Below are positions 12,005 through 22,210 of a stretch of DNA of 64,000 nucleotides, one piece after another. Source of the DNA: Phallusia mammillata (taxonomy: Eukaryota). The stretch lies in contig OZ281501.1 in the NCBI GenBank assembly GCA_965637545.1, forward strand, positions 2,976,001 through 3,040,000. Reading direction: 5' to 3'. Below the pieces are notes generated by a model. The model had not been told where the DNA came from and did no database searches. It saw only the letters and a list, made by a program, of their open reading frames with translations. Each line of letters begins with the position of its first letter. Position 1 is the first letter of the stretch. The translations under genes were made by a program, and so were the position numbers.

Positions 12005-12139
12005 AGTGAAGTTGTTGAAAATTCGTTGCATTTAGATTGTGGAGTTTAATGTTTTTAGTGATGAACATATTTATTTTTCTTTGATGATGTCGTAAACGTT
12101 TTGTTATTTTTGCTCTTCAAAAAAAAAGTTTGCAAAATA

Positions 12140-12552
12140 CCGTATTTGCTCGATTGTAAGCCGCCCTCGTTTATAAGCCGCCCTCGATTGTAAGCCGCAT
12201 GTTGAGGTGTTAAAAAAATAATGTAAGCCGCCCTCGATTGTAAGCCGCACGCTGGAATTTTAGATACGATTGTTTCCTAATACACCTTTCTGTAGTTATA
12301 TGGTATGACTATTTGCCCATATCTGTTAGTTACGTTGATAACTGTACCCGACAGAGCGTATATCGACGTATAATCTGTACACGCATACATGTATTGAACC
12401 CAAAATACGTTAAAAAGTTGAAGTGTAGAAATTATATCGGTATAAAATTAAAATATAAGCCGCCCTCGATTGTAAGCCTCCCTCGATTATAAGCCGCACA
12501 AACGACAGCTAAAAAACAATATAAGCCGCGGCTTACAATCGAGCAAATACGG
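12140..12552. mobile_element. Tc1/pogo-type MITE, copy 1
   Basis: TIRs CCGTATTTGCTCGATTGTAAGCCGC / GCGGCTTACAATCGAGCAAATACGG, TA on both flanks, internal TAAGCCGCCCTCGAT repeats. Second copy at 23027. Confidence 0.9.
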
Positions 12553-12902
12553 TAAACGTCGAGGAGCCTAAAAATAACTTGAGCAGTCAACCGTACACTT
12601 ATTTCCCTTTTTTCTTACCTACGGCGTATGACGTCACACGTCACCTTGTAAACAACGCCGGCGCTTCATCGGTTTGCTTTGTGAGTAACGGCCGCGTACA
12701 GTTGTCTAACTTTTCTTTTTGAAATGGTCTTTGGATCAACTCTGTTTGACCAGCAGCCAAAAGTTTGTGTGGACAGTTTAAAAGTTAAATGTGACTTTGA
12801 TACATATTGGACTGCAATGTGGAATTAGAAAATCAAGTGTAGCTTCTACAACTTAAACAGCAGGACAGAAGTGTACAAAAAGTTGCAGCCTCAGTACTTG
12901 AA

Positions 12903-15900
12903 ATGGCAGATCAAAACAAGTCTTCGTCACAACTGGTAAGTATGCGCAAAACGTTGTTTCTTACACAGTGCCGTTACATTATGTCTTAATAAGCCAATAG
13001 TATTTATGTTTGAGGTCATACATACTAGCATTCATACCACTGATCTCTATAAACACTGGATTGCGTTACTCCGTTGAACGGTTGGGTGATTTTTGAAGCA
13101 AATTGAAGCGTAATGGCGGCTGAAAAGGAAGCCCCAAAAATGCATTGCGGGCAATGGGGAGAGAGTGGAAAATAGACGATAATTTTTAATTTTAGGCATT
13201 TGTGTAGCGATTTTTGCAGATATGATTTGTAGATTAATAGGACGCATGTATTACGGGTGTATGTAAATACCACTTGACCGCTGTGGCCAGCCCGTGGCCA
13301 GCCTGTACACACTTTCTAAATGCCGTGGCCAACCTGTAAATACTGCGTGACCGCTGTGGCCAACCTGTAAATACTGCGTGACCGCTGTGACCATTTTTTA
13401 ACACAAGCGTTGACGGTTAGTGCTAGTGGGGTTAGGGTGAGGGTTTGTATTGGAAATAACACTTCAATCGGGTCTCATTTACCTATACAGGTTGACCACA
13501 GCGGTCACGCGGTATTGGGAATACATTATTCAGTTGAAATAAATCATTATTAAGTGGTAATAAATGTTTTATTGTGCAATATAAGTAGTTTACATGCATT
13601 TATTAATATTTAAGACACAAATCCAACAAGAATGGCTATTTTCTGCTGTTCTTGATTGTCAGCAAAGTCTTAGAGCTAAAATATGGCTGTTTAAAAGTTT
13701 TTTTGTAGTAGGTTCAACATTATTTTGCTTCTATGTTACAAACCATAAATCTAGTAAGCTTACAATTAGCTCATTTAATCTACCTTTTTCAGTTTGCAAC
13801 CAACATGTGTTGAATAAATTTTTTCTAATGTTGTGAATTCTCAAACTACAAACTCTTAACAAAATTCTAATATCTCAAAGAGATACATGTTCATATAAAT
13901 GCATTTAAGACATCATAGCAGTTAGGGTGGACAAGTTTAACTACCCAAATGAGTTGCCTATTTATGTACTATTTCAGTCAGAATCATGAAATATTGTTTT
14001 TATTCTACCTAATAAGCAATTTTCTGCAAAAACACACCTGCACACCAGTTATCACCAACACTTAAATTCGTGCTAAATAGGACTGAAGGCAACAAATACA
14101 CCAGACAAGTTCATACAGATATCCTGTATTTTTTGTCAGATGATCACCATTGTAACAGATGGTGCATTCACAAAATAAAAAAAAAACTCAAAGTTGTTTA
14201 AGTTTAAAATGTGCAGCATATCATGTTACAGGCAGTGTCAGAAATGATTACAAAACATACACAGTGGAAGTAGAACAGTATACACACAAAAAATATTTAA
14301 TCTGATTCCAACCCCTCTGTAGTGTATTTGTTGTCGAAAAAGGCTGAATTGTAATCTTGCAGTGTCATAAAGCTTGAGGGTTTGGGAGGAGACTGAAACA
14401 TTCCAGTGGAATTTTACCAGAGACAATAAAGGTTGCTTATTGGAGAAATATAAACCCTATTATGTCTGAAATGTTTGGAAACAAATTTATCATAAATGTA
14501 AAATGGAATTGCAAAACTTCATAATATCACCATGGCAAGATAATAAAGACCCAAACCAAATGCACTCAATCGAGAGAAAAAAGTCAAATAGTGTTAAAAT
14601 ATTAGTTTAGTTTTTGTGATTTTAATTAAAACGTTATTCCACATGTTGGTCAGAATTTCCTGAAGTTTGATAACAGTCAAAAACAGCAGTTTGGATTAGC
14701 ACAAGGTAATGTCACACAAAGAATTACATCATCTTGTGTGAAGGAAGTAGCCATCTTGTTGAATTCATGTCTAAAATACTTAAAAAAGCACAAAAACTAC
14801 TTATATTGCACAATAAAACATTTATTTCCACTTAGTAATGATTTATTTCAACACTAACTTAATAACGTATATCCAGTACACCTACACTAATACACATCAC
14901 AATCAATCTACGCATATTTATTGGTTATTACACACTGTAATACATGCGTCCTATTAATCTACAAATCATATCTGCAAAAATCGCTATACAAATGCCTAAA
15001 ACAAAAATTATCGTCATTTTTCCACTCTCTTCCCATTGCCCGCAATGCATTTTTGGGGCTTCCTTTTCAGCCGCCATTACGCTTCAATTTGCTTCAACCG
15101 TGACGGCCAGTAGCGCAATCCAGGGTTTATAGAGATCAGTGATTCATACTCACTTGAAGCACAGTTTTTGGGTAGAGCTACTAACACCATACGTTTCTCC
15201 TGATCCAAAAGTGCTTAATTTTCGACAGGTGGCGCAAAGAGCACTTTTTTCATTTAAAACGGTATATCTCAAAAAATGCTAACGGTTAGGGCTATTAGGG
15301 TTGGGGTAAGGTATTAGCACTTAAAATTCAATAAAACTAACCCAAAAAATTAGTTACTAATGTAAAAATATTTCCCAGCCCAACCCATTTATAGCCGCTA
15401 AATAAATAATTCAGCTCTTTACGCCACCTATCGAAAATTAAGCACTTTTGGATCAGGAGAAACGTATGGTGTTAATAGCTCTACCCAGTTTTTGGGTGTG
15501 GTCATAAAAGGTCACGTGGTACATTGTTTACATAAAAATCAAGTAATATTTGACATTTTATTAACATTGGTAATTACGTCGCACTTTTTACCGTCAGCTC
15601 TACAACGTGGTTTATACTTTACAGCACAAATTAGTTATTGTTGGAGATGGCGCAAGTGGAAAAACATGTTTACTTATACGTCGCGCTGTTGATAAGTTTC
15701 CTGAAGATTATGTGCCCACTGTATTTGAACAACATGTCTACAAGGAAAATATAAACGGACAAACTATTCAATTATCTGCATTTGACACGGGTGGGGGTGA
15801 AGATTATCACGTGTAAGAAGACGTGTTTGTTTAACTGCCCAGTGAACAAACTTGTTTCTAAGCGGTCAAGGGACATTGTTCACTTTTACATTTATATTGA

Positions 15901-16636
15901 AACAGTGCTTTCACATTGTAACGTATGAATTATTTGTAAAGTCGTGCATAGAATTGCTATAGTATGTCCGCGTTTGCAAAGTATGTAAGTACATTCTAAT
16001 CTTTTATTAAGACATATAGAATAAGTAAAAAACTATTGCAGCTAGACACACCGAAATAACTATTATTGCTCTTTTTGGGAGTTTCTTATTTTATGCCACT
16101 TAACTTTATATACAACCGTTTAAAGTGTGTCAACAAACTATTTGCTATAGGTTTGGCAATTGATATTCGGATCTTCTTTTTACAGATTGAGACCTTTGTG
16201 TTACCCAGAGACTGATGTATTTTGTTTGTGTTTTGACGTTGCTTGGCAAACTTCATTCGAAAATATCAAATCTGCTTGGATTGAAGAATTATCTCATCAT
16301 TGTCCTGATGTTCCAGTTCTCTTAGTCGGTTGCAAGATTGACCTGAGAACAAATGAAGAGAAAATAAAGGAAATGAAAGAAAAGAACCTTCAGTTTATCA
16401 CGTACGTCTGTGGTTGATGTTAAAGTAAGAAGTGAAGCACGTGTTATTAACAAATAAATATTTTTAGCGAGAAACAAGGCCACGAGATGTCAGCAGAGAT
16501 AGGCGCTGCAAAGTATGTGGAATGCTCAGCGCTGACTGGTCAAGGAGTTGATCACGTGTTTCAGAACTTGGCGGAATTGGCCAGGAAATATTTTATTGAA
16601 ACCAAAAACAAGAAGAAAAAATGTGTACTAATATAA
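12903..16636 (+). CDS. Atypical RhoA-like small GTPase, paralog 2 (201 aa, intact)
   Basis: Exons 12903-12935 (MADQNKSSSQL), 15625-15812, 16186-16401 and 16468-16636; phases consistent, 606 nt total. Motifs GDGASGKT, YVPTVFE, FDTGGG, GCKID, ECSAL, and a polybasic plus CaaX end (KNKKKKCVLI*). Confidence 0.9.
13038..15141. mobile_element. 2.1-kb non-autonomous DNA transposon with ~220-bp TIRs (hAT- or P-like by TSD length)
   Basis: CACTGATCTCTATAAAC / GTTTATAGAGATCAGTG termini; inverted match 13038-13255 with ~14936-15141 and ~13525-13590 with ~14795-14860. Perfect 8-bp TSD ATTCATAC (13030-13037, 15142-15149). No intact transposase. Confidence 0.88.
13266..13516. mobile_element. Small MITE nested in the 2.1-kb element, with internal 31-bp tandem repeat
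   Basis: Imperfect TIR AATACCACTTGACCGCTGTGG / CCACAGCGGTCACGCGGTATT. It interrupts the left arm of the host IR. TSD not resolved. Confidence 0.6.
15171..15485. mobile_element. Mutator-like MITE (315 bp) in Rho paralog 2 intron 1
   Basis: ~70-bp TIRs beginning GGTAGAGCTACTAACAC (same termini as the 11657 element). Perfect 9-bp TSD CAGTTTTTG (15162-15170, 15486-15494). Confidence 0.93.
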
Positions 16637-18429
16637 TTTCCAAAACTCTCTGACACTTTTAGTAGTTGAAAATATAATCGATGTAGATAGTTTCATGCAC
16701 ACGACATGATTTTTCTAAACAGCATACGGAGTGGACTTTTGACCTCATTATCCTGCAATAATCCTAATCATCAAAATTGACTGCAAACAGAAATGAGAGG
16801 AGCTGTACTTTACCGTTTTTTTTGTAAAAATGCGGATGCATTTAGATCAGCGGTTCTCAACCAGTGGGCCATGGTTTGAATTAATCTATTTACGGAATAA
16901 AGTTACTTTGGGTTTCTGCAACTCCGTATGTTTATCATGTAATAAACTACTTTGTGATTACAATAAACCTAAATAGCAGCATATCCATTGTCCAATTACT
17001 CGGTCATAACTGAAAGTGATTGATTAAAGAATGGAAAGTGCTGTTTTATGATTTTTTTTAATATTGCAATTTCTTAGGGCGGGTCTGTTAAATACAAAAC
17101 ACGTCAAAAAACTGTTTTGCTTTGTATCTCTGCTTGTTTGAAACTTGCATTGTTTAAGACCTATTACGTTTAAACGCAAACCAATTTTATGAATTTAAAC
17201 TGCACGTGGTAACTCAACTTATTTCGTATACTGCATTTGCAAACGCATGACTGAAAAACGGAATTAAACGGCATTTTACGCCCAAAGACATCTGACACTA
17301 GGCCCAAACCATTAAAAAACAATTTGCTAATGCATAAGTTATTTTATCTTTATATAATTTCAAGGTGACATCACGGGAATTGTAAAAGAGATAAGGTTCT
17401 TTGTTGGAATATTAGACACCTATTAAAGAAAGTTTACTTAAAACATTCAAAATAAACATATCGCTTTCTACTTTTCTTATTTGTTCACATTTTAGGTAAT
17501 GATTTTTCAGCCTAAATACGATTTTGTTCGTAAAAATGCAGATTTCTTTAAAAATAGTAGTAACTACGAACGCATATTCGTTTTGAAAGAGAAAAAGAGA
17601 CATAAAAGGAGAAAAGAGAGAAAGGAGGAGTGAGAAAGAGAAATGTTGGAGGTGGCAACGGAAACAAGCGTCATCCAAACCCATCTAAAAATACACCGTT
17701 GTGTCCTTCAAGTATGAAATATTGCGAGACGACGACGCCGAACAGATCATGATAATAACTTGCCTGTCGAGCAATCGAGCAACGATGCTGTCGCTGTTTT
17801 GCAAGTTTCCATTCAACTTTGTATTGATAAAATTCAGAACCTGGGCTATATCAATCATTAGATAAAGTAAGCACATGTCTTTGATAGCAAATTGGGCCGC
17901 CTACAGTTTCTGTGACAATGCAACGCATCAAGTTTTGTGTAAATAAACAAGTCGCAACAGTTAATTCGCTCTTAAATCCGCTCGGTTTTGGGGTAGCTGT
18001 CAAAAAGATGGACTGCTATAACCAGGGTTGTCGTCGACATGGACCCCAAAAAGGGACAACCAAAAAATAAAATTTTCATACGAAATGCAACAAACGTCTT
18101 CGAACAATCTTTTGCATTGGTAGAAAAAATCTGTTTCTGTTTCAGTAATCCTTGTTTGTAGAATGAATATCCAACTTTGTATTAATGTAATTTAAAACCA
18201 GGTCTGAATTAAAAACATGTGCCTAGGGCAGGGGTTCCCAACTGGGGGGACTCGCACCCCTTGGGGCTACGAGATTCAACATCAAGGGGTACGAAGATCG
18301 TTGGGCAAAAAGCAGCTTTTCAAACAGATTTCACAGCACACTTTTATTTTGGAATTGTAAACTTATTGTGCGATTACGGTCTTTGCTTTGAAAAAAAAAC
18401 TACCTACAAATAAATTGTTGTTATTTAGT

Positions 18430-21342
18430 TTTTTTTATTATTATAGTTTCCCACGCTCTTGGGCGCATTGGGCAGCAAGATTGTTCCACTTTTTTCTGTC
18501 TTTTGCAATTTCCTCTATCTCCTTTATGTTTAACCCTCTCATTTCTAGATCTTTGCGGAAAGTCTCCCTCCAGGTAAGCTTTGGTCTACCTCTTTTTCTT
18601 TTCCCTTGCGGTGTCCAGCTCATAGCGATTTTTGGAGCCCGTTCGTCTGACATGCGTAACACATGCCCTGCAAGTCTAAATCTCCGCGTCGACATGATGG
18701 TGCATAAAGGCTTGGTACCACTAATTTGGTACACCTCATCATTTGTAATGTGGTCCTTGTATGTGATATTTAGGATCCTTCGAAGACAACGCTGATGGAA
18801 AGCGTTTATGTGCTTTTTCAGCTTGACTGTCATTTTCCAGGTTTCACTGGCATATAGAACGGTGGGCATTACAATTGACTGGTACAGTTTGATCTTTACC
18901 AGTTTCGAAACCTTCGAGCTTGACCAAACTGTTTTGAGCCTTCTGAAGGCCGAAGCAGCTTTTCCGATGCGGGCATTTATGTCGGCCTCCACATCAGCAT
19001 CTGTTGTGAACACACTGCCAAGATAGGTAAAGCTTGTGATGTTGTTAATAGGCTCAATTCCATTGATGGTTAAATGTACGTTGGACTGAGTTTCCCCTCC
19101 AACTCGAAGTAACTTAGTCTTGTCGCTGTTGATCGTCAGACCGGCTGTTGCTGCATTTTTGGCCAATGAGTTGGTCATTTCTTGAAGATCTGTCATCGAC
19201 TCTGCGAGCAAGGCGATGTCATCTGCAAAGTCGAGATCCGTAAGACGCTTGTGGTTTGTCCATGAGATGCCGAACTTTGGATAATTCATTGCCTTTCTCA
19301 TCACATAGTCGATAGTGGTAATGAATAGTAGGGGTGATAAGACACAGCCTTGGCGCACACCTGTGTTGATTCTAAAGAACTCTGTGTTTCCTGACTGAAC
19401 TTTTACGCAGCAGCTTGATCCTTCGTAGATGTTTTTGAAGGTATCTATAAACCTGAGTGGAACACCGTATTTTTGTAACACCTGCCATACAGTGTTGCGA
19501 TGCACACTATCAAATGCCTTCCTGAAGTCAATGAAGTTGACAAACAGGGGTTTCTGAAATGCAAGGCACTGCTCCACAATGTTTCTGAGAACAAAGATCT
19601 GGTCACAGCACGACCTGTTGTATCGAAAGCCTGCCTGTTCTTCTCTCAACTTCTCATCTAAGGATGTCTTTAATCTGTGCAGAAGCACGCAGCAGAACAC
19701 TTTCCCTGGAACAGATAGCAGTGTGATTCCTCGCCAATTACCACAAATGCCTAGATTTCCCTTTTTTGGAAGTTTCACAATTACTCCTTTTTTCCAATCA
19801 GATGGTACAGTCTGCATTTTCCAACATAAGTTGCATAGCTTTGTCAACTGTGCAATCAGTGCATTCCCTCCATTTTTTAGCATCTCAGCAGAAATTTGGT
19901 CGAGACCTGCAGCTTTGTTGTTTTTGAGTTTTTTCAGTGCACTGGAAATTTCTTCTGTTGTGATGTCACCCATATCTACTTCCATCGTTGGTCCATCTTC
20001 ATCTTCAAAAGTAGGCAGTTCGTAAGGTTCTGGTTGGTTCAGAATTTCCTTAAAGTGTTCGTACCATCGCATGTTTTGTTCTTCCTCGGTTAGAAGAGTT
20101 TTTCCAGTTTTGTCCTTAATTGGTACACCGGAGCTTTTTCCTGTCTTTGTCAGATGCCTAATTATTCCAAATAGCGCTCTAGTGTCATTTCTGTTCATTG
20201 CTTTCTGTGCGTCCGCACATAGCGTTTCAGTCCAAAACTTTTTGTCGTCTCTACAACTCTTTTTAACAACTTTGTGTGCTTGTTCGTACTGTTTGTCTAT
20301 CTTCCAGTATTCATCAGAAGATTTGGCGCTTTCCCTTTGATGTTTAATCTTTCTTCTCTGATCAATCAGTGCCCATGTTTGTGGTCGAATCCAGCTTTCC
20401 CTTCTCGTCCCGCGCCTTCTGCCGAGGGTTTGATCTGCAGCTGTTGTCACTATTTTTTGAAATTGTTTCCATTGCTCTTCAATATTATCTTTTACTTGTA
20501 CAGCCTGGAATCTTGTGCTCAAATTTTTGTGAAACATTTTTACTATTTTTTGATCTTTTAGTTTTATAAGGTCGTATGGTTTTGTTCCACTGTGTTTGAT
20601 AATTTTTTTCAGTTTTAGTTTCAGTGACCCTTTGACGAGGTAGTGATCGGAGGCTACGTCTGCACCTCTGCAGCTACGTACATCCTGCAGTGCGCTGCGC
20701 CATCTTCTGCATATGCAAATGTAGTCAATTTCACTTGTTGTTTTGCCGTTTGGGGATTTCCAGGTTTGCTTGTGTATTCGTTTGTGATTAAAAAAAGTGT
20801 TCCCTATACATAACTCGTTTGTACTGCAGATGGTAAGAAGTCTGTGCCCGTTGTTGTTAGTTTTGCTTGCTACACCGAATGGTCCTAAGATGTCACTCCA
20901 ACCAGCTCTGTTTCCATCAATCTGTGCGTTAAAATCGCCCATTAATAATTGTAGATCATGTTTAGGGATACCATTTAATGTATCCTGGAGCTGGTCATAA
21001 AACAAATCCTTTTCTGACTCTTCTGCCTCTTCTGTAGGGGCATACACCTGAACAATAGATGTTTTCCCATGGCGCGAGTGAAAACGTGCAGTAATTATTC
21101 GATCACTGATTGGTTTCCATCCAACCAATGCCTGATTTGCTTCATGGTCCAGCACGAACCCAACACCATGTATATGCTGTTTGTTGTGTCCCGAAAAGAC
21201 AACTGTCTTTCCCTCGCTAGTCAGTTTGCCACTTCCAATCCATCTCATTTCACTAACACCGAGAATATTTAATCCGTAGGTGTGAAACTCGCGCAATACT
21301 TGCGCCAATTTTCCACATTGGAACAAAGTTCTTACATTCCAG
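18430..21342 (-). mobile_element. RTE-clade non-LTR retrotransposon, 5'-truncated, young
   Basis: Perfect 13-bp TSD GTTGTTATTTAGT (18417-18429, 21343-21355). The 3' end is (TAA)n-A8 immediately after the ORF stop. The 5' junction falls at the TWNVRT motif that opens the APE endonuclease. Confidence 0.95.
18441..21341 (-). CDS. APE endonuclease + reverse transcriptase ORF (~965 codons, no ATG start)
   Basis: Uninterrupted frame with WNVRTL, SEMRW, MGDFNA, IDYIC, SDHY (APE); WRGITLL, EEQAGFR, FIDFRKAFDS, GVRQGCVLSPLLF, DFADD (RT); and an RTE-type C-terminus KRKRGRPKLTW. Confidence 0.95.
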   Translation of the reverse strand, partial: WNVRTLFQCGKLAQVLREFHTYGLNILGVSEMRWIGSGKLTSEGKTVVFSGHNKQHIHGVGFVLDHEANQALVGWKPISDRIITARFHSRHGKTSIVQVYAPTEEAEESEKDLFYDQLQDTLNGIPKHDLQLLMGDFNAQIDGNRAGWSDILGPFGVASKTNNNGHRLLTICSTNELCIGNTFFNHKRIHKQTWKSPNGKTTSEIDYICICRRWRSALQDVRSCRGADVASDHYLVKGSLKLKLKKIIKHSGTKPYDLIKLKDQKIVKMFHKNLSTRFQAVQVKDNIEEQWKQFQKIVTTAADQTLGRRRGTRRESWIRPQTWALIDQRRKIKHQRESAKSSDEYWKIDKQYEQAHKVVKKSCRDDKKFWTETLCADAQKAMNRNDTRALFGIIRHLTKTGKSSGVPIKDKTGKTLLTEEEQNMRWYEHFKEILNQPEPYELPTFEDEDGPTMEVDMGDITTEEISSALKKLKNNKAAGLDQISAEMLKNGGNALIAQLTKLCNLCWKMQTVPSDWKKGVIVKLPKKGNLGICGNWRGITLLSVPGKVFCCVLLHRLKTSLDEKLREEQAGFRYNRSCCDQIFVLRNIVEQCLAFQKPLFVNFIDFRKAFDSVHRNTVWQVLQKYGVPLRFIDTFKNIYEGSSCCVKVQSGNTEFFRINTGVRQGCVLSPLLFITTIDYVMRKAMNYPKFGISWTNHKRLTDLDFADDIALLAESMTDLQEMTNSLAKNAATAGLTINSDKTKLLRVGGETQSNVHLTINGIEPINNITSFTYLGSVFTTDADVEADINARIGKAASAFRRLKTVWSSSKVSKLVKIKLYQSIVMPTVLYASETWKMTVKLKKHINAFHQRCLRRILNITYKDHITNDEVYQISGTKPLCTIMSTRRFRLAGHVLRMSDERAPKIAMSWTPQGKRKRGRPKLTWRETFRKDLEMRGLNIKEIEEIAKDRKKWNNLAAQCAQERGKL

Positions 21343-21899
21343 GTTGTTATTTAGTACGAAGCTCATTGTCTCATAACAAGCTTTTTTCATGCTGCCAGCA
21401 ATAAACAACAAAGCACAAGCCACAAAGTTACGAAAAAAAATGCATAGATAAAGGAGGCATTCAATGTAGTCCTGCTGTAAATCTGCTACAAAAACTAGAG
21501 AAAATAGGGGAAGGCGGGGCAAAACGGACACCTTATTGTTTTTATATTAAAAGAACTGTCATGTCACTACCATTTTGTTTTGTGTAACAGTTAAAGTTAA
21601 ACTACTAAATGTGATGTAAAACTTGGAAACACTGCTGCTCTTTCTAAAAGTCTAGAATAGAAAAAATCTCAAACATGAGAGCCTAATTTTATTCTTTCAT
21701 AAAAGGTTTAATAAAATATTTTTACAAGTTTAAACCAGTTTCTATCAAGACAGCTTCTTTTTCTATCAAACCTTTTAGTGTAGTTAAATAATAAGCTTAT
21801 TAAGGCAAAATCCATCCGAATTTTTTGGGGGGTACGGAGAATGCTCTGACCCGACAAAGGGGTACGAGCAGCAAAAAAGGTTGGGAACCCCTGCATGGC

Positions 21900-22210
21900 C
21901 TAGGGCATCAAGGCAAACCGGTAAAAGTTTTGATATTTAAAGTCTAAACTGTTTAGGGCATCCAACAATTCTTGTCTGCAAGTTGTTGTTGTTATCTTTG
22001 TATTTTATTAATACAAGACAAAACAAGTGACCATTTAAGCATTGATTGCATCTTTGGTATTTCTGGCACAGAGTTGTTAATCAATCCTGTTTCGGGCTTA
22101 GGTATAAATAAAACGGGTTCAATTTGGGCCTTACTTTACACTTGGCCCCATTACGAGTGTAATTCGGATTATAAAGCAACAAAAGTTTGACTCAAATACC
22201 CTGTGTCTCG
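21900..22210. repeat. Inverted copy of the 1-784/3132-3340 intronic block (part of the A/C gene duplication)
   Basis: Reverse complement matches 3140-3375 and 686-780. Together with 17720-18228 (matching ~3375-3700) it defines the duplicated unit. Confidence 0.85.

Larger units (their letters stand above)
18229..21893. mobile_element. hAT (Charlie-like) MITE of ~750 bp, split by a LINE
   Basis: TIRs CAGGGGTTCCCAAC / GTTGGGAACCCCTG and subterminal GGGGTACG motifs. Target GCCTAGGG at 18221-18228 and again at 21898-21905 (after a 4-bp CATG spacer). The empty site is visible in copy A intron (~3360-3375, reverse). Confidence 0.85.

Noticed and set aside
18388-21272. Plus-strand ORFs overlapping the LINE (e.g. 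18388-18795, 19579-20025)
   Set aside because: Antisense shadows of the long RT frame.
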